Part shown: in pieces, positions 49,074-57,437 of the stretch
Position numbering within the stretch: the stretch's first letter is position 1
Layout: every line of letters starts with the position of its first letter
Assembly (NCBI GenBank): GCA_965222375.1
Contig: CBDCTZ010000016.1
Span: 1,920,001 to 1,984,000, forward strand
Reading direction: 5' to 3'
DNA: 64,000 nucleotides
From: Polyangiaceae bacterium
GTDB lineage: Bacteria > Myxococcota_A > Polyangia > Polyangiales > Polyangiaceae
The notes under the pieces: generated by a model
The model's database searches: none
The model's input: only the letters and a program-made list of their open reading frames with translations
What the model was told of the DNA's origin: nothing
Translations under genes and position numbers: made by a program

Positions 49074-50540
49074 TTATTGACGCGCACTGGCGAGCGCCAC
49101 GCCGGTGCCGAGGACTGCACTCGCGACGATTGCGGCGACGAGCGTCGTGCGGGAGTGCAAGCCCACCACGAAAGCCAGCGCGCCCATCACCAAGGCGGAT
49201 GCGACCGCCCCGGTTGCGTATGGATACGCGGAGAGGCCGAACGGCGCCGGCTGGAGTCGAGCGAGATCGGACGCTCGCTGGGCTGCGCCGTCGCGCTTGC
49301 CGCGTGTAGCCCCGGGCCGCGCGCTTCTCGTCGAGGCAACCGAAGTGACCGGGGGTGGTTGTTCCGCAAGGGGCTGGGTCGGGTCGCGCCTCGTTGGTTC
49401 AGAGGTAGGGACGGCATGTGGAGGCGTCCGATCTCGTACGGTTTGATCGGTTCGATGGACAGGTGCATCATCGGCGGCAGCAAGCCCGCCCGTCGGCTGC
49501 GTTCGATCGGACGCAAGGGCGTCGGCGACGGGCGGCCCGGCGGTTGGCTGCGTGTGGCCTGGCCCGGCCGTGGCGGCATCCTGCTGCGCTGGGCTGAGCA
49601 GGGTGTCGATGCTGCCGATGGAGCGGTCTGCAGCCGGAGGGGGCGCAGGCTGCGCGGCATTGGTGGCTGACGGAGCGCGACTGACCGCGGCGAGCGCGGA
49701 CGAGAACTCCGCTGCATCGCGGAAGCGATCTTCTGGACGTTTTTGGAGCGCCCGCAAGACGACTTCGTCCAACGCTGGCGGCAGCGTCGGGTTGATGGAA
49801 GTCAGCGGCGAAGGAGCTGCAGTTAGCTGTGCTTCGAAAAGCTCGCGCGTCGAGTGCAGGTGCTCAAAGGGGCCCTTGCCGTTGACCAAGGCGTAGAGCA
49901 GCAATCCAACGGCATAGAGATCAGCCCGATGGTCAACCACTCGGCCCAGGACCTGCTCCGGACTGATGTAGCGCGGTGTCCCGATGACCGCGCCCTCGGC
50001 CGTTGGAATGGAGGGTGGCGCCGGTGCGCCCGAGGCGCCAGCCAGTACCTTTGCGATCCCGAAATCCAAAAGCTTGACGACCTGGCGGCCTGCTCGATCA
50101 CGGTGCAAGAACACGTTCTCTGGTTTGATGTCGCGATGAACCAGGCCCCGGGAGTGTGCGGAGCCGAGGCCGTCGAGCACCTGCCGGACGATCTCGAGCG
50201 AGTCCGAAAGCAGCGGCGGCCCCTCTCGCCTCAGGCACTCGCCGACCGTGCAGCCATTCAGGCACTCCATCACGTAGAACGGCCGGCCGGCGGCAGTCGT
50301 ACCGAAATCTGTAACGGAGACGATGTTTGGGTGGGAGAGCGCGGCTAGCGCTTGGGCTTCCAGGCGCATTCGCTCAACGATGCCAGGGTCGCGCGCAAAC
50401 TCGATGCGTAGCAGCTTGGCAACCACATCTTTCCCGAGCACCTCGTGCTCCGCAAGGTAGACCTCGCCCATCCCCCCCTCGCCGAGCAGTCCCACCGTTC
50501 GATACTTCGTGCCCGCGAGCGGGTTGGTGTCAGGTGTCAG
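49074..50540 (-). CDS. Membrane Ser/Thr protein kinase (start uncertain)
   Basis: GEGGMGEVY, HRDIKPEN, DFGIAK, GTPRY; two C-terminal TM segments. Confidence 0.9.
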   Translation of the reverse strand: MTPDTNPLAGTKYRTVGLLGEGGMGEVYLAEHEVLGKDVVAKLLRIEFARDPGIVERMRLEAQALAALSHPNIVSVTDFGTTAAGRPFYVMECLNGCTVGECLRREGPPLLSDSLEIVRQVLDGLGSAHSRGLVHRDIKPENVFLHRDRAGRQVVKLLDFGIAKVLAGASGAPAPPSIPTAEGAVIGTPRYISPEQVLGRVVDHRADLYAVGLLLYALVNGKGPFEHLHSTRELFEAQLTAAPSPLTSINPTLPPALDEVVLRALQKRPEDRFRDAAEFSSALAAVSRAPSATNAAQPAPPPAADRSIGSIDTLLSPAQQDAATAGPGHTQPTAGPPVADALASDRTQPTGGLAAADDAPVHRTDQTVRDRTPPHAVPTSEPTRRDPTQPLAEQPPPVTSVASTRSARPGATRGKRDGAAQRASDLARLQPAPFGLSAYPYATGAVASALVMGALAFVVGLHSRTTLVAAIVASAVLGTGVALASARQ

Positions 50541-50718
50541 GATTTCCTCGGTGGGTCATGGTGATTCGGTGTAGCGCTGCTTTCCACGAGCCAGCTTCGC
50601 ACGTGTTGCCACGAGCCGGAAGATGCCGCCGCCGAGGGGGCAGAGGCTATCCGGCGGATACCAAGTCCTCGGCGCTGTGGCGGGCGATCGCGGCCAGAGA
50701 ATCCATGTGGGGCCGCCC

Positions 50719-51363
50719 TTAGACCTCTTCGGGCGGAGTGGTTCCAGGAACTGGACGCCGGGCCACGGCCGCGACCACGGCGATCCTCGATCGAAGTCCC
50801 GTCTTTTGGAAAACGCGTCGCCAATACGTGCCGGCCGTCCACGGGGCGCAGCCCAGCGCCTTTGCGGTCTGCTCGAGGTCGAGACCTTCGACGGCGCAGC
50901 GCACGACCCCAGCTTCTTGGCGGCTGAGCGCGTGGACGTGCGCAAACTCTTTGACACGGTGGACCCAGTGGTCATGGCGAACCACCACCTCCATGATCAA
51001 GGCCTCGAGCTGGGCGCCGACCAGAGGTTTGTTCAGTGCCAGCACGCCGCGCGTCCAACACTCCAGACTCACTTCGGGATCGAGCTGACCCGTGACCACC
51101 AGGGGGACAGTGGCGGGAAAGCGGGTGCGGATGTCCTCGAGCAGCTCGAGGCCGGAGCCGTCTGGCAGTCCAACGTCAATCAGCGCGATCACGAAGCCGC
51201 GTCCCGCGTGGAGCCTTGCACGCGCATCGGCTAGCGTGGGGCAGATGTCGACGTCGAAGCCCAGACCACGCAGCATCCGTGAATAGGTTCGCGCAACTGT
51301 GACATCATCCTCCACGACGAGTATGCGGCCCCGAACCTGCTCGGTTTCGCTTTGGCGCGTCAT
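50719..51363 (-). CDS. Response regulator with LuxR-type HTH
   Basis: 'ILVVEDD', 'DVGLPDGSG', 'KP'; 'LSRQEAGV...TAGTYWRRVFQK'. Confidence 0.88.
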   Translation of the reverse strand: MTRQSETEQVRGRILVVEDDVTVARTYSRMLRGLGFDVDICPTLADARARLHAGRGFVIALIDVGLPDGSGLELLEDIRTRFPATVPLVVTGQLDPEVSLECWTRGVLALNKPLVGAQLEALIMEVVVRHDHWVHRVKEFAHVHALSRQEAGVVRCAVEGLDLEQTAKALGCAPWTAGTYWRRVFQKTGLRSRIAVVAAVARRPVPGTTPPEEV

Positions 51364-51890
51364 GGGCGCACCGAAAGGCGTCGAGTCGGTCTGGTCTTCC
51401 TCATTCTCCGCTCCCCATGGTCGCTTGCCTTGCCCCGCCGCATACGTTCGGAAGGACCTGCAAACCGTGTCGGACGTCCTGGGACTCCAGTTGCTAGTTT
51501 TTCGGGCTTGGTTCGCGCCAATCGCAGGCCCATGAACCCACAGCACCGTTGCCTAGTACGAGACTCGGACTCCCGTCATGTACCTAAGAATAGGGACACG
51601 ACGGTTGGTGGCATTTGTGAGATCCTGTAGCGGGCCCGGGTGCAATGGCTGCGCGACATTGCAGAGGCCAGCCGATCAATGTTGTGCAACTTTGGCATAA
51701 TTCAAAAAGACGGATGCTGCCCAAGCAGTTGCGAGGTTCACGCCGGGCAGAAACCCGACATCCCCGCTGACCACGGTCCCGCACAACATGCGCAAAACTC
51801 GAAGTCGTCCCTCGCCGGCCACACCACACCTGCCTGCACCTTTGACCAGCTTGTGAAAACGCGGAGCGCTTGCTCACATGAGCTGGGGTC

Positions 51891-53000
51891 ATGACGGGGC
51901 GGGCGAGCAAGAAGCGTGCGACGAAGAAGGCGAGGGCGTTGGCGAAGCGAGTCGGCGGCCCCGCGTCTCACATCCCGTCGTCTGCTCGAGAGAAGCGAGC
52001 GAAGTCCGTCACGTCTTCGCAGCATGGCGAACAGCGGGGACGCCAAGTCATCCGACACCTGAAGATCCTTGCCGCGCTGAGCCATGCTTCGAGGGGCCTG
52101 AGCGTGACGCAATTGCGAGAGGTGACCGACGAGGACTGCACGATTCGCACGCTGTATCGGGATCTGGAGCATCTCCAGGCAGCCGGGTTTGCCCTCACCA
52201 GCGACGACGGGCGCTGGTCAGCGAATCCCAACGCGCAGATACATGCGCCCGTTCAGCCCGAAGAACTGCTCGCGCTCATCCTGGCAGAACAAGCGCTGTC
52301 CGCCGGCGGCGCCACACCACACGCCGCGCCGCTCTCAACGCTTCGAAGCAAGCTACACAGCGCGCTGACGCCGAACGCACGAGCGTACTGCGAAGAGCTG
52401 GCCCAGTTCAGCATCGCCACTGCCTTTGGACCAAACATCGATGACGCCCTCGAACCCGTTGCCGGCGCGATTCGGGAAGCCATCGCCAAACTACACGCCC
52501 TGGCCATCACCTACGAGACGCCAGGCAAGCCCGCAGGCCGCCGAATCGTCGAACCCTACGCAACCTGGATCGCAGGGGGCCGCCCGTACTTGGTCGGCTT
52601 CTGCCGAACCGCGGGTGAAGTCCGCACCTTCGCCTTGGTCCGGATCCACGAGGCAGCGGTCCTCGACGAGGAGTTCGAACCCGACCCCACGTTCAACGTC
52701 GCGGACTTCGCCGGCAAAGGAGTTGGCGTCTATCACGGCGCGGTTCACCGAATCGTGCTGGAGCTGGCACCGGAAGTCGCACACCTAGCCAAAGAACGCA
52801 CCCTGCACCGCACGCAAAGCGTGGAATCGCTCTCCGACGGGCGCGCCCTCCTGCGCATCGAAGCAGCCGGCTTGCCCGAGATCGCCGCCTGGGTCGCCAG
52901 CTTCGGCGGCAAAGCCCGCGCCGTCGAGCCCCCTGAGCTGGTGGAGATGGTGCGGGCGTTGTTTACACAGGGAGCGGAGGCGCACAGTGGGGGCGCGTGA
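51891..53000 (+). CDS. HTH-WYL(-WCX) transcriptional regulator
   Basis: 'RTLYRDLEHLQAAG'; 'RIVEPY...YLVGFC...RTFALVRI'. Confidence 0.9.
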   Translation: MTGRASKKRATKKARALAKRVGGPASHIPSSAREKRAKSVTSSQHGEQRGRQVIRHLKILAALSHASRGLSVTQLREVTDEDCTIRTLYRDLEHLQAAGFALTSDDGRWSANPNAQIHAPVQPEELLALILAEQALSAGGATPHAAPLSTLRSKLHSALTPNARAYCEELAQFSIATAFGPNIDDALEPVAGAIREAIAKLHALAITYETPGKPAGRRIVEPYATWIAGGRPYLVGFCRTAGEVRTFALVRIHEAAVLDEEFEPDPTFNVADFAGKGVGVYHGAVHRIVLELAPEVAHLAKERTLHRTQSVESLSDGRALLRIEAAGLPEIAAWVASFGGKARAVEPPELVEMVRALFTQGAEAHSGGA

Positions 53001-53235
53001 CCTGGGGTGTCACAGCTGCATGCCAATCATGAAAGCGCCGATGGAATCCGCTGCTCAGAGGAAGACCGCGTGACTGGTTCTTTTGACTCTACCCGAATTG
53101 AAAACACAGCACGGAAGGGACTTCTGCATGGTCATACCTTGCCGCGGCGAGCGTGGAGCCGATCGCGAGGGGAAGCAAACCGTGGAGTTTTCGAAGTACT
53201 CTTTGGAGGCGACGTGACCGCGTTCGCAACGCACG

Positions 53236-53592
53236 TCACACCGGCAACCGTCGAACGCGGATCCGAGCGCCGCGAACGGCAACGATTGCTCCGCTGGCCA
53301 GCTCGCTCGCAGCACTCTTCATTGCGCGCAGGATTAGCTCGGCCTGTTCGTTCGGTCTGTTCACCCCGGGCGTGCGCAGATGAAGGAAGGACGGACCATC
53401 CGCGCCCGAATGAGCTAGCAGCGCTGAAAAATCGCCGTCCCGCGACACGACGATTCGCGATTCATCACGTGCACGTTGCAAGACCTCCCGATCGCTTGCA
53501 CTCGCCAAACCGAGTTCGCGCACATGAACAACATCGTAGCCTTGACCTCGGAGGAGTTCCGCCGTCGCTGGCGAGATGGCGTTGTCGATCAA
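53236..53592 (-). CDS. DUF5615/PIN-like toxin (start uncertain, TTG)
   Basis: 'LIDNAIS...DVVHV...SDREV..RA....RIVVSRDGDF'. Confidence 0.8.
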   Translation of the reverse strand: MIDNAISPATAELLRGQGYDVVHVRELGLASASDREVLQRARDESRIVVSRDGDFSALLAHSGADGPSFLHLRTPGVNRPNEQAELILRAMKSAASELASGAIVAVRGARIRVRRLPV

Positions 53593-53597
53593 AAGCG

Positions 53598-53828
53598 CTA
53601 GCTGCTCGACGCGAGTGGGAGTTCGCGCTCCCGCAGCACCTCCGCGGCGAACCGCAGCGCCTCGGGAATGTCGGCCGGCTCCAAGTCGGGGTAAAGCTCC
53701 GTGATCTGCGCGGGAGTCATGCCATCCGCGACCAGGTCCACGATGATCGAGACTGGGATCCGCAACCCGCGAATGCAGGGGGCGCCACCCATCTGGTCCG
53801 GCCGAACTGTGATGCGGGGAAACGGCAT
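53598..53828 (-). CDS. DUF433 antitoxin
   Basis: 'RITVRPDQMGGAPCIRGLRIPV...YPDLE..DI.EAL'. Confidence 0.9.
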   Translation of the reverse strand: MPFPRITVRPDQMGGAPCIRGLRIPVSIIVDLVADGMTPAQITELYPDLEPADIPEALRFAAEVLRERELPLASSS

Positions 53829-54207
53829 GTTCCAAGGATACTGGCATTTTTCTTGGTGCCCAGAAGTCGGTGTCGTGGGGCTGGGCCGGGGAGAATCTCG
53901 GCCGCCAAGCCCTGGACGACGCAGGCCGTCCAACGTCGGTCCAGCACGATCGACTCAGTCCTCGTCGCCACCGTTCTTCTTGCGGAAAAAACCAATCCGA
54001 CGCACCGGAGGCGACTCGCCGACAGGCGGATCGGGCCAGAGCCATCGAAAATCAAGGGTAAACCTGCCCCGTTCAACTGAAAGACCCACGAGTATCACCA
54101 TGGCATTGTAGCCTAACATGTCTTTCGATGGACGCAACTCTGTGATCCTAAAATCACGCCATGAATACCCCCTACACACCAACAATTAGATCCCGCGCGA
54201 AGAAATG

Positions 54208-54251
54208 GTACCCTGTCGCTGAACTGGGAGAGGCGACGGCCCCATTGAAGC
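54208..54251 (+). CRISPR. Solitary type I-G-like CRISPR repeat with an enlarged loop (not an array)
   Basis: GTACCCTGTCGCTGAACTGGGAGAGGCGACGGCCCCATTGAAGC: hairpin plus the GGCCCCATTGAAGC 3' end typical of I-G repeats, 145 bp upstream of csb1. Confidence 0.65.
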
Positions 54252-54396
54252 TTGGTTTGTCGCGGCGCGTCATGACGCTCTCGGCACCCACTCCGACGCT
54301 TCTCCCAGCTTCAATCCAAGTCCCAAGAAACGGCACAGCTCGAAGACCTGCCCCATCAACACGCCGAAACCAAAACAACACGGAGCCCATCCCATC

Positions 54397-55692
54397 ATGA
54401 CCACTGAAAACCCCCTCACCTTACCCATCCTCCAACAGGCCGTCGCTGGCGGTACTGCCGCGATTCGTTGCCTCACTCGCTTGCAGCCGGCGGGGGGCAG
54501 TGGCGACAAGGTGTTTCCGCCGACGTACGCCACTGGCGACAAGGCGACCACCCGCTATGCCTTCGAAGAACGGCGGATCGACGGGCAGAGCATCAGGACG
54601 GTGTTGCTCGATTCGGTCGCGTCTCAAGCGAATCGAATCGAAGAATCTCTGCAGGCAGCATGGGAAGAGGAGCGGCTTAGTTTTCCGGTTATCACCGTCG
54701 ACTTCAGCAAAGAAGAGGACATCGGGGATCTCGACACGATCAGCGTGCTGCAAGCTCCTCACCGCATTGCCGACGCCTTGCTGCGCGACAGCGTGGATGC
54801 CAGCGAAAAGAAGATCCGCTTTCGCGAGACGGAAATCGGGCGCGCTTACACCGACGCTACTGTCAAGAACGCCACTGCCGTCTACATGAACTGCCCCACA
54901 GCGCTGATCTTTGGCGTCTGGGACTCGACGGGCCCCAAAGGCGGCATGGGCAGCAAGTTCCAACGGGCACTCGTTTCAGAAATCGTCGGCGTCGGCGCCG
55001 AGCCCGGGGTCAAGACGGCCAGCCGGCTCGACCCCACTGGCATCCAGGCCAATGTCCCCGTCTTCCACGGGAAAGACGATCCGGAGGATTGGACGACAAA
55101 CGAAGAGTTGGCTCTCAAGAAGGGCAACAAGCCGGCGCTCTTCAGTCGCAAGGGCGCCCAGGGCAAAGGTAACCCCTCCGCCGTCAACCACAGCAATATC
55201 CCTCCGACCATTGAAGACAAAGCCGGAGGAGTGACCATCGACTATGCCCAACAGACCACCGTGCTCTCGTTGCCGGCTTTGCGGCGGCTCCGTTTCCCAA
55301 CGGATGGAGAGGGCCAACAACTCTCTGGCAAAGCGCGGCTGGACGCAGAAAACGCCGTCAGGACGGCGCTTGCAGCCTTGGCCCTGGCGGGCGTCGCGGA
55401 GCAGCGAATCCACGGATATGACCTGCGTTCGCGCTCCTTCCTGATTCCAGAAGATGGTCAACCATTGAAGTTCGAGCTCATCCCCGCCGACGGCGGCAAG
55501 GGCGAATTCTTCTCGCTCACCAGCGACGCCGCAGCCGAGCTCGTCTCTGCTGCCGCTGCCGCTGCGGCGCAAGCAGGGTTTCCGTGGAAGCGTATACCGC
55601 TAGCACTGGTTCCCTCACCGAAGCTATCCGACTTGATCCGCGAGAGCCGCAAGCGCTCAGCTGAAGGCGAGGGTGACGAGAGCAGCTCATGA
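54397..55692 (+). CDS. csb1: Type I-G Cas7-group protein Csb1
   Basis: 'LQPAGG.GDKVFPPTY', 'LLDSVASQANRIE', 'PHRIADA', 'PTALIFGVWDS', 'LRSR'. Confidence 0.92.
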   Translation: MTTENPLTLPILQQAVAGGTAAIRCLTRLQPAGGSGDKVFPPTYATGDKATTRYAFEERRIDGQSIRTVLLDSVASQANRIEESLQAAWEEERLSFPVITVDFSKEEDIGDLDTISVLQAPHRIADALLRDSVDASEKKIRFRETEIGRAYTDATVKNATAVYMNCPTALIFGVWDSTGPKGGMGSKFQRALVSEIVGVGAEPGVKTASRLDPTGIQANVPVFHGKDDPEDWTTNEELALKKGNKPALFSRKGAQGKGNPSAVNHSNIPPTIEDKAGGVTIDYAQQTTVLSLPALRRLRFPTDGEGQQLSGKARLDAENAVRTALAALALAGVAEQRIHGYDLRSRSFLIPEDGQPLKFELIPADGGKGEFFSLTSDAAAELVSAAAAAAAQAGFPWKRIPLALVPSPKLSDLIRESRKRSAEGEGDESSS

Positions 55693-57437
55693 AGCATCTC
55701 GTCCTTCAGCTCCGCTACCTGACCGGGCGCTGCGTCGCGACCGCGTACAATGATCGAGAAAGAGCCGAATGGCCTCCGCATCCAGCGCGCGTGTATTCGG
55801 CCCTGGTAGCCACCTGGGCAGAAGGTGAAGCCCCCGTCGCCGCGGAGCGGGAAGCCCTGGAGTGGCTCGCCCAGCTTGACGCTCCTGCCATGTACGCGTC
55901 GGAGGCTGCGCGTCGCCCAGCTGTACCCCACTTCGTTCCCGTCAACGATGTCGCAGTCCTGGGCGACTTCAGTCGCGCACGCCACAAGCTTGCCGAGACT
56001 GAGCGGGCCCTCGAACAAGCCAAAGCCGACTACGAGAGCGCCAAGAACTCAGGAGATCAGAAGGCGATCAACCGCTTCAACAAATCCGTGGCCAAAACGG
56101 AGAAGGCTGTTGGCAAAGCGCGCCAGAAGCTCCAGCAGCTGCTGGAAGCAGACCAGCAGCCTTTCGCGACGGGCAAGCATCCTGCCACCGGTTTGAAGAG
56201 CGCCCGAGGCTTGCTCCCCGAGCATCGCGGCAAGCAGCCCCGCAGCTTCCCTTCCGTGACACCTGATGATCCTCGCGTGTGCTTGCGCTGGTCCGGACCA
56301 GATGAGGAGTTGGAGCGCCACGCACCCGCACTGGCCGACCTCGCGAGTCGGGTCGTCCGCGTCGGCCACTCCACGTCACTGGTAGCCTGCTCCCTCACGG
56401 ACGAGTGCCCGCGCGTCACCTGGCAGCCCGACGACAGCGGAGACGAAGTGCTCCGCGTGCCCGGTTCTGGACAGTTCGGGCGGTTGATGGAGGCGTTCGA
56501 GCGCCACCAAGAGATCGAGCCGCGCGTCTTGCCCTGTCGCTTTCAGCCGTACAAGAAAGCCGGAAGCGAGGAACAGATCCAGAGCGTGGCAACGCTGTTT
56601 GACGATGACTGGACCGTGTTTCGTCACGTCGGCGGGCGGCGGCTGTCCCAAACCAGCTGCGCCGAGTTCGCGCGGGCGATGCGGCGTGCGCTGATGAGCC
56701 ACGCAGACGATCCACCACCGGAACTGCTCAGCGGCCACACCAAAGACGGCGAGCCGACGAACCAAGCGCACGTGGCAATGGTCCCACTGCCCTCCGTGGG
56801 CCACATCCACGCCAGGGGCGATCTGCTCGGCATTGCGCTCGTCTTTCCGCGAAACGCAAATCCAATCGAGCGGCAAGCTGTATTGCGCGCTATCGGTCTG
56901 TGGGAAAACGAGCGACGTCTAGAAGACGACGATGAGCTCGTCGACACGCCCGTCCTCGAGCTAGCCCTGGGCCGAGCAGGAGTTGTCATGCTCGAACGCG
57001 TGGACTGGGGTGTCGCCCCCCTCAAGACGTTGCGCTCAGACCACTGGTGTCGCCCATCTCGCCCATCTCACGCCTGGGTGACGGCAACGCCCATCGCGCT
57101 GGACCGGAACCCCGGCAACCTGTCGTCCCAAGATTCGACAACAGCTAGGAAAGCTTTTGAGGCAGCGGAGCAGTCGATCGCCATTGCCTGCGGGCGCATC
57201 GGTCTTCCAAGCCCACGCTACGTGCAGATCCACCCGTCCGTGCCTCTGAATGGCACGATCAAGGCCCGAGCTTACCCACCATTCCCCAAAGACCCGAAGA
57301 AGCACCAGCGCGTGAAGGTGCACGCACGCATCGAGTTTCCGGTGCCGGTGTCAGGCCCGGTGTTGCTGGGGGCGGGGCGCTACCATGGACTGGGGCTGTG
57401 CTTTCCCCAACCGTATGAAGCGATGGTTCAGGAATGA
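55689..57437 (+). CDS. csb2: Type I-G Cas5/Cas6 fusion Csb2
   Basis: 'EWPPHPARVYSALVA', 'VPVND', 'LSGH', C-terminal G-loop 'GPVLLGAGRYHGLGLC'. Confidence 0.92.
   Translation: MKHLVLQLRYLTGRCVATAYNDRERAEWPPHPARVYSALVATWAEGEAPVAAEREALEWLAQLDAPAMYASEAARRPAVPHFVPVNDVAVLGDFSRARHKLAETERALEQAKADYESAKNSGDQKAINRFNKSVAKTEKAVGKARQKLQQLLEADQQPFATGKHPATGLKSARGLLPEHRGKQPRSFPSVTPDDPRVCLRWSGPDEELERHAPALADLASRVVRVGHSTSLVACSLTDECPRVTWQPDDSGDEVLRVPGSGQFGRLMEAFERHQEIEPRVLPCRFQPYKKAGSEEQIQSVATLFDDDWTVFRHVGGRRLSQTSCAEFARAMRRALMSHADDPPPELLSGHTKDGEPTNQAHVAMVPLPSVGHIHARGDLLGIALVFPRNANPIERQAVLRAIGLWENERRLEDDDELVDTPVLELALGRAGVVMLERVDWGVAPLKTLRSDHWCRPSRPSHAWVTATPIALDRNPGNLSSQDSTTARKAFEAAEQSIAIACGRIGLPSPRYVQIHPSVPLNGTIKARAYPPFPKDPKKHQRVKVHARIEFPVPVSGPVLLGAGRYHGLGLCFPQPYEAMVQE

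Noticed and set aside
51341..51364. Partial match (GGCGCGTCATG) between the sequence after the solitary repeat and the response-regulator start
   Set aside because: Only 11 contiguous bases match, the alignment needs a gap, and no clear PAM is present; such a match is expected by chance in GC-rich DNA of this size.
54062..54360. ACCTGCCCC(GT/A)TCAAC direct repeat at ~54062 and ~54347 as further CRISPR repeats
   Set aside because: Too short, lacks the hairpin and ATTGAAGC end, and the spacing does not fit an array.
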